The notes: generated from the sequence alone by a model not told the origin. Counted from the first letter of the stretch, positions 36,205-50,868 are shown. The stretch: DNA of 64,000 nt from Octopus vulgaris (GCA_951406725.2 OX597838.1:28396001-28460000), one strand, 5' to 3'. Numbers and translations: made by a program.

Positions 36205-36465
36205 TGTGTACAGTGCTCAGGTGCACTACAACTCATCTAAAGTGTATATATAATCAGGTGTAGTTTCGGCGGATTTCGGAAAGCATGAGGGCCTTAAAGG
36301 ATGCATGTCATGGCAGTCAACAACTGACACAGGCAGTTTGTTACATGCTTCAGCAACTCTGAGCGTGAAAAAATGTTTCTGAAAGTCATGGGAGCTGTGT
36401 TGTTTTCTGACTTTGTAGGCATGTCCACGTGTGTTAGACACATGGAGATCAAAAAGGTGTTCAGT
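36153..36465 (-). mobile_element. CR1-type LINE 3' end, same family as 6052-6371
   Basis: TRGHAYKV...KHFFTLRVAEACNKLP, (ATT)n tail. Confidence 0.82.
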
Positions 36466-36660
36466 GTATATGGATACCAGTACAGTATTTGGCCGTTTCT
36501 TTATTTTGTCGAGTTCAGAAGTAATGTCGGTTCTGTTTTTCGTACAGCGGATCGGGTGGGGCAGAGAACTGCGCTGAAATTTGCTTCTGTACAAATTTCG
36601 TCTTCCTTTTCAAATTGCTTTAACTTAAAGAAAAGTTCGACTTCATCTTGAAAAACCTTG

Positions 36661-36931
36661 TGTGCGCATAAGTCTTTCCTTTGTGCGCATAAGTCTTTCC
36701 TTTGTGCGCACAAGTCTTTCCTTTGTGCGCACAAGTCTTTCCTTTGTGCGCACAAGTCTTTCCTTTGTGCGCATGTCTTTCCTTTGTGCGCATAAGTCTT
36801 TCCTTTGTGCGCATAAGTCTTTCCTTTGTGCGCATAAGTCTTTCCTTTGTGCGCATAAGTCTTTCCTCTGTGCGCAGAAGTCTTTCCTTTGTGCGCATAA
36901 GTCTTTCCTTTGTGCGCATAAGTCCTTCCTT
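36661..36931. repeat. 21-bp minisatellite x13 (TGTGCGCATAAGTCTTTCCTT)
   Basis: Counted directly; unit 6 has a 2-nt deletion. Confidence 0.95.
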
Positions 36932-37084
36932 TCGTTGTCGTCGTTGTTCTTACTTTTCTTTCCTCTTGGTCTGATTCGTTCGACTAAACTCTTCCGTTGT
37001 TCTTCATCTCATCTTTTCTTGTCGTCTTCGTTGTTCTTTTTCTTCATTCTTCTTCTTCTTCTTCTTCTTCTTCTTCTTCTTCTA

Positions 37085-37472
37085 CTCTTTACTCTTTTTT
37101 TACTCTTTTACTTGTTTCAGTCATTTGACTGCGACCATGCTGGAGCACCGCCTTTAGTCGAGCAAATCGACCCCGGGACTTATTCTTTGTAAGCCCAGTA
37201 CTTATTCTATCGGTCTCTTTTTGCCGAACCGCTAAGTGACGGGGATGTAAACACACCAGCATCGGTTGTCAAGCAATGCTAGAGGGACAAACACACACAC
37301 ATATAATATATACATATATACGACAGGCTTCTTTCAGTTTCCGTCTACCAAATCCACTCACAAGGCATTGGTCGGCCCGAGGCTATAGCAGAATACACTT
37401 GCCCAAGGTGCCACACAGTGGGACTGAACCCGGAACCATGTGGTTCGTTAGCAAGCTACTTACCACACAACC

Positions 37473-37503
<31 letters not shown>

Positions 37504-38196
37504 CTTCTTCTTCTTCTTCTTCTTCTTCTTCTTCTTCTTCTTCTTCTTCTTCTTCTTCTTCTTCTTCCTCCTCCTCCTCCCCCTCCTCTATCGGAGTAGT
37601 CGCCGTTGTTGAAAGAAAGAAAGAAAGAAAGAAGGAAGGAAAGAAAGAAAGAAAAGGGTACTTTTTGTTCAACGCTTCCACAAGTTTTCTAATCCAGGCG
37701 TCCTCAACCATCGGTCCTCGGGCTTGCACCCAGGCCGCACAGAAAGAATAGTCTGCAGAATGTTCTTTGCATTATATATAATAACTAAATTATATATTAT
37801 GTACTTTTTTACTCTTTTACTTGTTTTAGTCATTTGACTACGGCCATGCTGGAGCACCGCCTTTAGTCGAGCAAATCGACCCCGGGACTTATTCTTTGTA
37901 AGCCCAGTACTTATTCTATCGGTCTCTTTTGCCGAACCGCTAAGTGACGGGGACGTAAGCACACCAGCATCGGTTGTCAAGCAATGCTAGGGGGACAAAC
38001 ACAGACACACAAACATACATATATACATATATATATATACGACGGGCTTCTTTCAGTTTCCGTCTACCAAATCCACTCACAAGGCTTTGGTTGGCCCGAG
38101 GCTATAGTTGAAGACACTTGCCCAAGATGCCACGCAGTGGGACTGAACCCGGAACCATGTGGTTGGTAAGCAAGCTACTTACCACACAGCCACTCC
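37085..38196 (-). mobile_element. Two SINE family A copies (37085-37474 and 37808-38196) with (CTT)n tracts around the first
   Basis: Reverse-complement matches to family A. Confidence 0.88.
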
Positions 38197-38914
38197 TTTT
38201 TTTTTTTTGCAATGGGCGTGATTCTTTGGTCTATGGAAAAACAGTCATACATGAGACCTGTCCGTGCTGCAACAAAGGTTGGGCACCGCTATAATAATAC
38301 ATTGAATAACCATCTCCAAGGCCAGAATTTATTTTGTGATGGCGGGCAAGAAGGGAAACAAACAAACAAACAGTTAATTGTATCTTTGACATAATACTTT
38401 GTACTTTATTTTATCAATCCAGATGGATGAAAGAAAAACAAACAAGTTGACCTGGGTGAGATTTGAACTTGTGAAGCAGAAATACTTTGGTATTTTGTCC
38501 GACGCTCTTGAGATCCGTAAAAATAAGTGCAATTGTCATTCGTCACAGGATTTGCTTTGTAAATGTCGTCTGCGTTCATCTCCTTCCTTTTAACTGTCAA
38601 TTTTCCTTTCTTTTTTTCTTTCGCTCATATTTTTATAATCTTTTGTCACTTCTTTTGCGTCCCTTTCGCTTTCTTCTTCTCTCTCTCTCTCTCTCTCTCT
38701 CTTTCCAATCTTTATATCTTCAACTGTTACTCTCTCTCCCCCTCTCTCTCTTTCCAATCTTTATATCTTCAACTGTTACACTCTCTCCCTCTCTCTCTCA
38801 CTCCATTTTCTCTCATCCTTCCTTCCTTCCTTCCTTCCTTTCTTTCTTCTTTAGTCTTCTTTTTCCTGTCTTCCTTTCTTCTTTTCTTTATATCCTTCTT
38901 TCTCTCTCCGACCT

Positions 38915-38956
<42 letters not shown>

Positions 38957-39157
38957 ACCTGCTCTCTCTCCACCGCCATTCCTCCCCCTCGCTCAGTTTT
39001 CAATTTTCATCTTCATTTTCAAATAGTAACTTTATTTTTATCACCGTTGTTACTTTTTTTTAGTTGTTCAACCCCAGACCTGCCCCGGTCGAGCTGACCT
39101 CTCATTAAAGGCATTACAGCAGTCCAGCCATGACCATGACTTCTTATTTTCAATCAT

Positions 39158-39189
<32 letters not shown>

Positions 39190-39263
39190 TGTATGTATGT
39201 ATGTATGTATGTATGTATGTATATGTGTATGTATGTATGTATGTATGTATGTAAGTATGTAAG

Positions 39264-39294
<31 letters not shown>

Positions 39295-40094
39295 GTATGT
39301 ATGTATGTATGTATGTATGCATGTATGTATGTATGTATGTATGTATGCATGCATGCACGTATGTATGTATGTATGTATGTATGTATGTATGTATGTGGGA
39401 GGGGGGCACGTCTAATTTATCAACCCTTCTTTAAGACGGGAGAGTGATTTTCGAGGGAGAATTGGCTTCTATTTCTAGACCAACCAAATGGTTCCCTATT
39501 CTGTCAATTCATTCAAACGAGATGTAGTTATTTATTTTTAAAAAAAACCTACCCCAATGATTTCTACAATATACTTTCAGACTTTTTCCACTTTTTTCAT
39601 TTTCATTAAAGATCATCCTGTCTTCGTATTTTTACAATCTTTTACTTAAAAGAATGAATAAGAAGGGGAAAATCGCATTTTACAATCTTTCCTTTCTCCT
39701 TATTCATTCTTTTAATAACCCCCCCCTTTTTTTTTTTTCCTTTTATCAATATTCTTAAAACACTTTGCCATTCATACCAATTCTTTCTCTGAGACTCTCA
39801 TTTTAACACTCCTTGCGCTTTTTATACTCTTCGTTTCAGTTTGCTGTCATGCCTTTTACACTTTTTCTTGCCTTTATTTCATTTTTTTTTTCTATATTTT
39901 CTTTTATTTATGAACTCCTGTCTCTCCATTTTCTCCACTATATAGAATTCCTTCCCCGCTCTCTCTTTCTCTCTCAAAAGAAACACTTGTTTTTCTGTCA
40001 CTCTACATCATCTTTCATCTTTTATCACTCTCTATCTTTCAGTTTCCTTGTCATATTTTCGATTTTCCTCCATAAAATAGTTGCTCTTCACCGC

Positions 40095-40470
40095 ACACAC
40101 ACACTCATACGTACATGCAGACACATACACAGACACACACATACGTACACCTTCACACACACGCACACATACACACACACACTCATACGTACATGCAGAC
40201 ACATACACAGACACACACATACGTACACCTTCACACACACACACGCACACACACTCATACGTACATGCAGACACATACACAGACACACACATACGTACAC
40301 CTTCACACACACGCACACATACACACACTCATACGTACATGCAGACACATACACAGACACACACATACGTACACCTTCACACACACACACACACACACAA
40401 ACTCATACGTACATGCAGACACATACACAGACACACACATACGTATACCTTCACACACACACACACACTC
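40095..40470. repeat. ~70-bp CA-rich minisatellite x5
   Basis: Recurring CTCATACGTACATGCAGACACATACACAGACACACACATACGTACACCTTC. Confidence 0.9.
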
Positions 40471-41313
40471 TCTCTCTCACACTTCCTCTCTCTCTCTCTC
40501 TCTCTCTCACACTTCCTCTCTCTCTCTCTTTCTTTCCATTTCTTTCTTTCAGTCTTTTTTCTAGCTTTCCTCCTACTTCTATTGACACTCCTCCCCTTCG
40601 TTCTCCCACTCGTGTTCTGCAACACATTTATTTATGTTTTCCTTTTCTTTCATTTCCTTTCCACACACACACATTTATCTCTCATAATTTCCTCCCTCCT
40701 TCACTTCTTTATATCTTTCACTCATTCTCTGCTTCCTGCTATTCTGTCCATCTCTCTTTCTCTCTCACTTGCTGCTCCTCTCTCACTCACTCCCTGTCTC
40801 GCTCGCTCACTGTCTAACTCTTCGCCTCTTTCTCTCACCCTCTGCATTTCTCTTTCTATCTCACTCGTCGCTTCTTTCGCTATTTTACTTCCTCCCTATC
40901 CTCTTTTTTCACTCCTTATCTCTCTCTCTCTCTGCTGTCCTTTTGCCTCTGAATATCTCATCCCTTCTCTCTCTCTCTCTCTCTCTCATTTCTTACCTTT
41001 CTCTATATCACTCTGCTTCACTCTGTCTCTTCCTTCTCCCCATTCTCTCTCTCTGCTATTCTTTTGCCTCTGTATATCTCATCCCTTCTCTCTGTCTGTC
41101 TCTCTCTCTCTCATTTCTTACCTTTCTCTATATCACTCTACTTCACTCTCTCACCTCCTTCCAACTTCTCTCTATTTCTCTCGCCTTCTCTGTCTTCCCC
41201 CTCCCCACAGCGTCGCGTAACTTTCCTCCCACTTTTGCTCCTCCCCTTCTCACGTGACACCACGATAACGGCTGCTCTTCAGTTACACAGACTGGATTCA
41301 GTCTCTTCCGACC

Positions 41314-41340
41314 ATGGAACCTCCTCAAGTTTCTCTTAAG
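41314..41340 (+). CDS. Candidate first coding exon of an unidentified plus-strand gene (MEPPQVSLK)
   Basis: Perfect Kozak ACCATGG, strong donor AAG|GTAAGA, upstream polypyrimidine-CCACAG acceptor at 41210; no downstream exon was identified. Confidence 0.4.
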
Positions 41341-41547
41341 GTAAGAAATCATCTACAATATAACCGGAAGCATATACCCCATCCATGTACATATATATAC
41401 ACACCTTCTTTTCTGCCTGTATGTATATAAAACATTTGTATATACGTAAGTATGCAGAACTTTAGTAGTGCGGTTATCGGGTTAACGCGCCCCTCACAAT
41501 CAATGGATGGACGGGTTTTGCTGTTTCCCTATCATAAATGATATCTA

Positions 41548-41584
<37 letters not shown>

Positions 41585-41908
41585 GTATGTATAAATATAT
41601 ATGTATCTATACACCTGGTGTGTGTATTCTTTTATCTTCGCCCATTTAGTAATGTTATTAGTCTTAGATGTGCGCCTATTGACAAAAAGAGGGCTAGCCC
41701 CCCTATGTAAGCTCTGGACCGGCTAAAAAGAGCAGTCAAATCACACTCTAGAAGTCTTATATATATATATATATATATCGTTTTTGGATTTGGTTTGCAA
41801 GATTCTCTATATGAGTTCGTGTGTTGAAGCATATTCTGTTGTGTCTGGGGAGAGAGTCATTTTCTTTTTGTGCCTTATACTATAACACACACACACACAC
41901 ACACACAC

Positions 41909-41956
<48 letters not shown>

Positions 41957-42461
41957 AGAGAGAGAGAGAGAGGGGGAAAAGGGAGAGAGGTATGTGTATA
42001 TATATATATATTTGTATGAAGCTACATGCATAGACATGCACATGTATAATGCATGCACACGCAATAATAATGAATACATATCATATATATATATATATAT
42101 ATACATACATACATATACACACAAACACGTATATACACATGCATAACGTATACAGCATATATACGCATTTTGTTTACACGCATAACCTATTTATTTTTAT
42201 TGTTAAAATGCATAGCTATAACGATTGAAATATTATTAATAAGCGCCCCACCACCACCATCATACATACACACGTACTTACACACACACTTCAGTATTGT
42301 GTGTGTATATATCATATGTTCAAAGTGGTCGAAAAATTAACACCCAGGGATTTCTTGTCAGGCGCTCCACCGATTTTGAACCCCCCCCCCAAAGGACCAG
42401 TTACGTGGTCTATTTGACATACCAGATATAGCAGTCAAATGGTCCAGACCACACATTTAGC

Positions 42462-42546
42462 GGCAGTGGTTAAGAATACGCACACCACCCGTTTCAGGCG
42501 TAACCCTAACCCTAAACACCGGGTGTGCGTATTCTTTACCTTCGCC
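42462..42546. mobile_element. 85-bp Merlin-like mini-MITE
   Basis: AAGAATACGCACACC / GGTGTGCGTATTCTT inverted repeat, TSD CATTTAGC/CATTTAGT, TAACCCTAACCC core. Confidence 0.7.
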
Positions 42547-43939
42547 CATTTAGTAATGTTATTAGTCTTAAATGTGCACCTATTGACAAAAAGAGGGCTA
42601 GACCCCTATGTAAGCTCTGGACCGGCTAAAAAGAGCAGTCAAATCACACTCTAGAAGTCTCTCTCTATATATATACGTGTGTGTGTATACATGCATATAT
42701 GGGTACAGGACATCAAAAAAAACGTTAAAGAGATGTGGAGTTAGGGAAGTTTGGGATGGCCGTCCTTCGAAGTCCCACCATACCTTATAGAAAAAAAGAA
42801 GAGGGTTCGGAGGCGGGCAAAAAAAATTTGAAAATTTATAGAAATTTGTTTTCGTAAGAGTAATTAAAAAAAAAAATCCTACCCTTACATTTTTCCTTCC
42901 CTCGTGTGGTATGACAGACATTCCGAGGGTCTGCTAAAAAGGGGGAAGGAACATGCTGGGGTCAAGGGAAAAGTTGATATGAGAAGAAATGACAGCTTAT
43001 AAGATGGATTATTTATGATAACAAGTCTGCTGTTCAGAAACTGATCTGAGGTTTATCATTTAACAACAAAAATCAGTAAAAAGAAGAGAAAGTCAAGATG
43101 GTCATGGCGGGAGCGCCTTTGATCATTGATCTCGCTCAGGGCTGCGTGACCCAGGTAGAGAAAGGGCGATTAAAAAAAAAAAAAATTAATGCTTGACATC
43201 TGGCTATTCAAGGTTGTATATTACGTAGTCATATACAAATGCACATACACATACTAGTGTGTATTTCATATACACCCACTAACTAGGGGACCTCTACACG
43301 ACCACTGGACTGGCTAGAAATAGCAGCCAAACTTTCCTCGGTCGGGTTCGCAGTGGTTACCTGGATTTTCACCACCAAACACCCTTTTTATTTAAATTAA
43401 TTTCCCCAAGACTTTTTAAAAGCTTTGTTTGCTTGAATTTTTGAACTCGGCTCCTGGCCCCAAAATTTGCGAACCTCTTGTCCTACGTGGATACCCGACA
43501 TGTTAGAAATAGCAGCCACATCATCCTTCCGCCCACTCACATGTACTACCTCAGAGAATACCGTGCGTACGATTGTATATTCATGATGTAACGTTGATAA
43601 GATATGATGGTCTTAACTGGAACGCTTATCGTCATAGTTCTTTCTATTCGGTGTGGGCTAACCTGGCTTTACAAAGAAACGTTGTCACCATCATCACACT
43701 TATACACCCATAACTTGAGAAGAATTTGACGAGGTTAGAACAAATGGATTGATTCAATAGGCAGATGATGATGATGGTGTGAAATGAAAGAGAAAGAACT
43801 GATGGAAGGACGAAAAATCTGGATTTGACATTTGATGGCGAAAGAGGAAGAAAACATAACCGTCCCGTTATGAACGAAGATTTTTTTTTTAATGCAGCTT
43901 CTCTGCATCGAAATAAAATAGGAATAGATGTGTTTAGGT

Positions 43940-44186
43940 TAGTGGTTTTCAACCGGGGTCCATATAAGATTTGTCGTTAAAATTTGTGTGCAATAATAAA
44001 TGGGTTATATTTCTATAATACATAAAATATTTTTGAAATTTTCTCATTCATACGATTCCTAATAATAATTAATTGGAAAAAATATAATAGAATTTTTTTA
44101 GACATCGAATGGCTAAGGGAATCCACCCGAGTAAAAAAACAGGAATCAACAAGGACCATGGGTAGAAAAACGATTGAGAAACCCTG
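43940..44186. mobile_element. hAT-like MITE
   Basis: TAGTGGTTTTCAACC ... ATTGAGAAACCCTG ends; imperfect 8-bp TSD GTTTAGGT/GGTTAGAT. Confidence 0.6.
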
Positions 44187-44531
44187 GGTTAGATAGATAG
44201 GAAAGTATTGCAATTTTTTGCTCTCTAATGGACAAAATGAATGGTGGTGATAGAAGTGCCCCACGGTGATAGTTCTATGTAAAAAAAAAAAAAAATAATA
44301 AATAATGTCCGAACACAACACGGTCCATGGATTTGGGGCGAAATCATGGATTTGTTGATTGCATGGACATCCGTACTTGATCGGTTCTTTTTCTTTTTTC
44401 CGGCCTGGTAGGAATGAAAAGCAAAATCAACCCGGTTGAGATCCGAACGCAGGATGCTCTGCCATTTCTCCCAATGTTTCACACACAAAAACACACACAC
44501 ACGTGTGTTTCTTTGCGAAATAAATAAATAA

Positions 44532-44578
<47 letters not shown>

Positions 44579-44803
44579 CATATCTGGCTATTCAAGGTTG
44601 TATATTACGTAGTCATATACAAATGCACATACACATACTAGTGTGTATTTCATATACACCCACCAACTAGGGGACCTCTACACGACCACTGGACTGGCTA
44701 GAAATAGCAGCCAAACTTTCCTCGGTATATATATACACACACACACACACATTATTGCTCTAACGTTTAGTCTGCTTCTTTTTCGGATATCTGATCCACT
44801 GAC

Positions 44804-44856
<53 letters not shown>

Positions 44857-45491
44857 TTTCGTGTATACATATATATGTGTGCGCTTGTGTATACGTATAT
44901 AGAACTTATGTTTTGGTCACTATTAGCCTAAGCTGTGTCTAACTTAATAGCAGCACCACCACGGGGTATATGTGTGTATATGTATGTATATACAACGTTC
45001 GTTTGTTAGAGATTGTGCTTAGAACAAGTCCGATGTTATCAGAATTGATTTCGTCATCGTATATTTATATATTTATATTTTAACTGCGGAAATTGAAATG
45101 ATGTCTACACGAAGACAGGAGATAATCCATACCCAGACAAAAATAAATCTAAACAAAGTTATATCACAACGAATTAATCCCACCTTTTGTACCCCATCGT
45201 CAACGTCCAACAACATTTATTTTCACAAGATGACAAGAGCATCGCTACCTGGTCACGCGATGTGCTAGAAACAGCAGCTAAATCTCAACCGATCCCAAAC
45301 GACGCCGTCTATAAACAGAGGGATAAGTTAGATAACGTCAGCCTATCTATCTACCCTCAAAAAGAAGCGGAGATGGTCACGCCTGGAATGCCTCTGATTA
45401 GTATATCAGTGTGTGCGCATGTCTTTAGTTTTCGTTGTGTATGTTGACAAAATTTCAGTCGCCCTTCCTCGTCCTGTACGTATAAATCACG

Positions 45492-45534
<43 letters not shown>

Positions 45535-46094
45535 TTGATGTATCGCTTCGTCCTAAGGCCAGAATACATAGAGGGGCGTTTATAGATGTGTGTATAGTGT
45601 GTGCGCGCGTGCACTATATTTACGTAGTATTTGTGTATTTCACGTTTTGTCTGGTGTCTCTGTCCGTTTTCACTTTTAAACTGTTTAATATAAATATTAG
45701 ATTTTTTTCTCTCCCACTCACATCACCCTTATATATATACATGTTTGTTTGTGTGTGTGTGTGTGGTCATTATAATTATTTTAGCAGCTATTGCACCATT
45801 GGCCATTATGTGGTGATATGATGTTTACGTATGTACGTATGATTGTGGACATTTTCATTTTGTATGTTATGTGTGTATATTTTAATGTAATTTGAGTGTC
45901 TCATGTATATTTATATATTTATGTGTGTGTGTGTGTATTTTAATGTAATTTGGGTGTGTCATGTATATATATATATATATATGTGTATATATATATATAT
46001 ATATGTGTGTGTATATATATATATATGTGTATATATATATATGTGTGTATATTTTATATATATATGTGTATATTTATATATATATATGTGTGTG

Positions 46095-46127
<33 letters not shown>

Positions 46128-46248
46128 ATATATATGTGTGTGTGTGTATATATATATATGTGTGTGTGTATATATATGTGTGTGTATATATATGTGTGTG
46201 TATATATATGTGTGTGTGTATATATTTATATATGTGTGTATATATATA

Positions 46249-46279
<31 letters not shown>

Positions 46280-46380
46280 GTGTGTATATATATATATGTG
46301 TGTGTGTATATATATATGTGTGTGTATATATATATGTGTGTGTATATATATATATGTGTGTGTATATATATATGTGTGTG

Positions 46381-46417
<37 letters not shown>

Positions 46418-46957
46418 AAACTTGAATAGAGAAATAGAGGAAAATTCTTGGAATAGGAAACTCGAATACTACAGTTTAGAGTTAGTTTCGCATTTATTTT
46501 GCGTAGAATTTGTAGTTTCACGCATACACACACACAGAGTGAAGCTGGATAGAGTTGGTAGACAGACACAAACAGAAAATAGACATACACATATACATAC
46601 ATACATAAGCACACACTCGCTTACACACATGCATACGCACGCACAACGAAGGCAGACATGTACTCACACACACACACACAAAATGAAGGCAGACGTCAAT
46701 ACACCAAACACAGCCAAAGTCCAAGTAGTAGAAACACATCGAGGAGACATGTAAACACACACTCACACTCTCCCGCCCTTTATCCCTCTCTCACTGAAAT
46801 TAACCAAACACATGTTCACTCCCTCCATCTCTCTCTCACTCCCGCTCTACTAGGAATGTTTGCGGATGTATATGTATGTGTATGTATGTATGTATGTATA
46901 TGTATGTATATATTAAATATAGACAATGAAACCGTGTGTGTATGTCGCTCGCACGCG

Positions 46958-47000
<43 letters not shown>

Positions 47001-47083
47001 GGCAGAAGTTACAGTCTAACTCACGGGCCGGAAGTTTCGTTCATTGACATTTATCAAACTGGCTTCAAATCACATGCACACCC

Positions 47084-47134
<51 letters not shown>

Positions 47135-47662
47135 TCGTTTTCGGATTTGGTTTGCAAGATTCTTTATATGAGTTCGTGTGTTGAAACATATTCTGTTGTG
47201 TCTGGGGAGAGTCATTCTCTTTTTTGTGCCTTATAAAATGACTCTCCCCAGACATAACAGAATATATATATATAAATATATATATACGTGTATATATGTG
47301 TGTATATATGTGTGTGTATATATGTGTATATATATATGTGTATATATATGTGTATATATGTGTATATATATATGTGTATATATATGTATATGTGTATATA
47401 TGTGTGTATATATGTGTATATATGTGTGTATATATGTGTGTATATATATGTGTATATATATGTGTATATATATGTATATATATATGTATATATACATGTA
47501 TATATATATGTATATATATATGTATATATATATGTATATATATATGTATATATATATGTGTATATATATATGTGTATATATATATGTGTATATATATGTG
47601 TGTATATATGTGTGTGTATATATGTGTGTATATATATGTGTGTATATATATATGTGTGTATA

Positions 47663-47710
<48 letters not shown>

Positions 47711-48553
47711 ATCATACACTATGTCTTTCTTGTCCTCAGTACCAAATCTTGGTCCCGTTATACTCCTAAATTGATAAAGACTTAAAGACCGGACCAGTCG
47801 ACTCGAGCTGACCGATAAACCCCTACGCTTTTGCTCGACTTGCTAGAAATAACAGCCAAGTCTCCTCCTCGATCCACACCCTACTGTCTTTTCAACAAGA
47901 AGCGACACTTGAGATGACGTATTTTTAATTAGTGTCTGATAAATAAGATTGGACGGTCACCGTTGGAATATATTTGATCACAGATCTCCTCGTTAATTGC
48001 CATCCTGAGGCTTACTAACGTGACAGCTGTTTGGTGGTCCTCCCGCCACTTCAGTGGACACTAATCAAAGGCGTTCCAGCCGTGACTTTTCCAATCCACT
48101 CTCTTAACGATATAGTGTATCCAAGACTACACATTGTTGTGTGTCTTTCCTTTCGTTTCAACGAACCTTTAGAGAGTTGGTCCGAGTAGACGCGCGTGTG
48201 TACGTATGTGTCACACCCACTGACCTTTACTAAAGAATCTATAATTTTTTCCGAAGAAATATTAGGAGGCAATGAACGATGGAACAGTTCTAATTTTTAA
48301 GCCTTCCTCTCGGCTATAAACACATTTCCAGTTTTGCACTTGACAAAACGTCATCTCTCTCTGTCTCTCGTTATGATTATGTGTGTGATTTTATCTAGCC
48401 AATTGGTGGCGTCCTACACGTTGGTGTGCCTCGATTTTTAACGAATCTTTTAAAATGTGTGTGTGTGTATATTATTGTCTGAGGAGAGTCATTCTGTTTT
48501 AATGCCTTATTAACACACACACCGGTTAGATTTACATTCATTTATTCATTCCG

Positions 48554-48587
<34 letters not shown>

Positions 48588-48823
48588 TCTCCTTTTTTTT
48601 TCTCTCTTTGTTTCTCTCCGTGTTTCTTTTCTGTTGAAGAGCGTAGGCTCGAAACGTAAAAGACTTGTTTTATTTATATTCCTGAGCGCCATACTAATAC
48701 AATTGTTTGTTTGTACTCCACCTGCCTTCGTCTTTTGTTTATTTTCGTAAATCTTCACGTTATATGTATGTATGTATGTATGTATCAAATGAAATAAATG
48801 AAAAACAGGACACAAAGGATGCT

Positions 48824-48916
48824 GCGGTACATATGTTTCGGGCTTTATAGAACAACTTATTCTTACATCAATGCATAATCGACATAACAGATAGTTCAAA
48901 AGCCTTCTTCAGCCGC
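48824..48916 (-). ncRNA. Type I hammerhead ribozyme motif
   Basis: Minus strand GCGG-CTGAAGA-AGGCTTT...AAAGCCC-GAAA-CATATG-TA-CCGC; A.C mismatch at the base of stem II. Confidence 0.65.
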
Positions 48917-48997
48917 GTGCAATTGCTACACCAAAGACTTGTATCACATTATAAAAGGTTTGAGAAAAAACCTTTTAAAACCTTGAGAAAAAACCTA

Positions 48998-49039
<42 letters not shown>

Positions 49040-49346
49040 CATACATACACACACATACACTGCGTGACATCGTGAGCAGGGGTCACTGGGTTGACATTTA
49101 TCTTGTGAGTGTACCTTTAATTCAAAAGGTTAGAGTTTTGTATCGGCTTATTCTACCCGAGAATTACGTCAAGGGTACACTTGTATGTGGAATACCCAGA
49201 CACTTACAGGCTGATTCAATGAGCTGGTAATTCGGTTGGTTGAACAACCGAGTCCTTGTTGAAGTCGGAGATACATCTGTCTATTCATCCATCTATCAAT
49301 CAGTCAGTCATCTGTCCATCCATCCATCCATCCGTTTGTCTAGACA

Positions 49347-49405
<59 letters not shown>

Positions 49406-49909
49406 TAAATGGAGACAAGAAGTGTTACATCCTGTTTGTGTTCTTACCCGTTTTACCCCGCTGCTTGGAATTTTATTTTTAATTCTCTCGCAGGAAGGCC
49501 TAGTTAACGAGTGTCCTGTCTTGCCTTCGAAACACGCCTGAGTTAACTAGCGACAGCTGATGACGGTGGATTTTTCCTTGTGTAGCATGTCCTGTACTTG
49601 TTTTTCTTGTTGTAAAAAATTTGGATTTTTCCTTGTGTAGCCTGTCCTGTACTTGTCGCAAAATTTTTGTTTTTCCCGTTTCTACGTCTTGTTGTGGCGT
49701 CCTGTACTTATATTTATTTATATATGCATGTATATATATACATGTAGATGTAGGTACGTACATATGTTTGTATGTATGCATATATTTTTATTTATCATAT
49801 ATATATATGTGTGTGTCTGTGTTTCTATTCCTCTGTCTCTCCATCCATCTATCTGTTTGTCTATCTGCCTCTCTACCGATCCTTATATCTATTTCTCTAG
49901 CCGTTCCTC

Positions 49910-49998
<89 letters not shown>

Positions 49999-50656
49999 AT
50001 TTCTCTTTCCATTTATTAATCCATTTGTCTGCCTGTCTATCCATCTATCTGATGGATGGCTCTGTGTCTATCTATCTATCTATCCACCTATCCATCCATC
50101 CATCCATCTACCTGATAGATGGCTCTGTCTGTCTGTCTATCCATGTGTATGTATGTGTGTGTATCTTTCCATTTATCAATCCATTTGTCTGCCTTCATCT
50201 CTGTCCATCTTTCCGATAGATGACACTTTCTGTCTCTATCTATCTACAACTCTTTTTTTTCTTTGTATACGCACACACAAATTCAATAGAGATTGTTTAC
50301 GAGAACAATATACTTTGTAAAATAAACTAATAATCTTGATGTCTGACAAAATGCCACTTGTATAAGGACATTCTTGGTTTCTTTTTATTTATTTTTCCTA
50401 TTGACAAACACTAGAAAACACACACACAGAATCGGATGTTGTATGGCCTGAAAGAGAATAACAGTAAAATTTCTTGTCTGTGTAACGTCTGGTTGACAGG
50501 TTGTTTGATGCTTTGCTCTTGTGTAATTACAGCAATAAGGTATGTGTGTTGTGTATGGATGGCAGTGTTAGCTCTTGTCTTTTATTTTCTGTTTCCGTCC
50601 ATATAATATCTTTCTGAGTGCATGTATATATTATCGTCTGTGTGTGTGTGTGTGTG

Positions 50657-50697
<41 letters not shown>

Positions 50698-50706
50698 ATA
50701 ATAGCC

Positions 50707-50769
50707 AGATAACCGAAGAGATGGTGTTGTGGATTTCCACTTCGGCATCTGAAACTCAGAGTTTTATCT
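50707..50769 (+). ncRNA. Hammerhead-like motif, variant core
   Basis: AGATAA-CCGAAGA-GATG...CATCT-GAAA-CTCAGAG-TT-TTATCT. Confidence 0.5.
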
Positions 50770-50868
50770 TGACTATTGAGTAATGTAACATATTATTGTA
50801 TAGATAAATTTCCTCTATTTACATAATATGGAGGTCTCTTTCTTTCTTTTTGTTATCTTACCGTTTTA

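Noticed and set aside
49520-49570. GAAA...CTGATGA as a type II hammerhead
   Set aside because: Stem II cannot form
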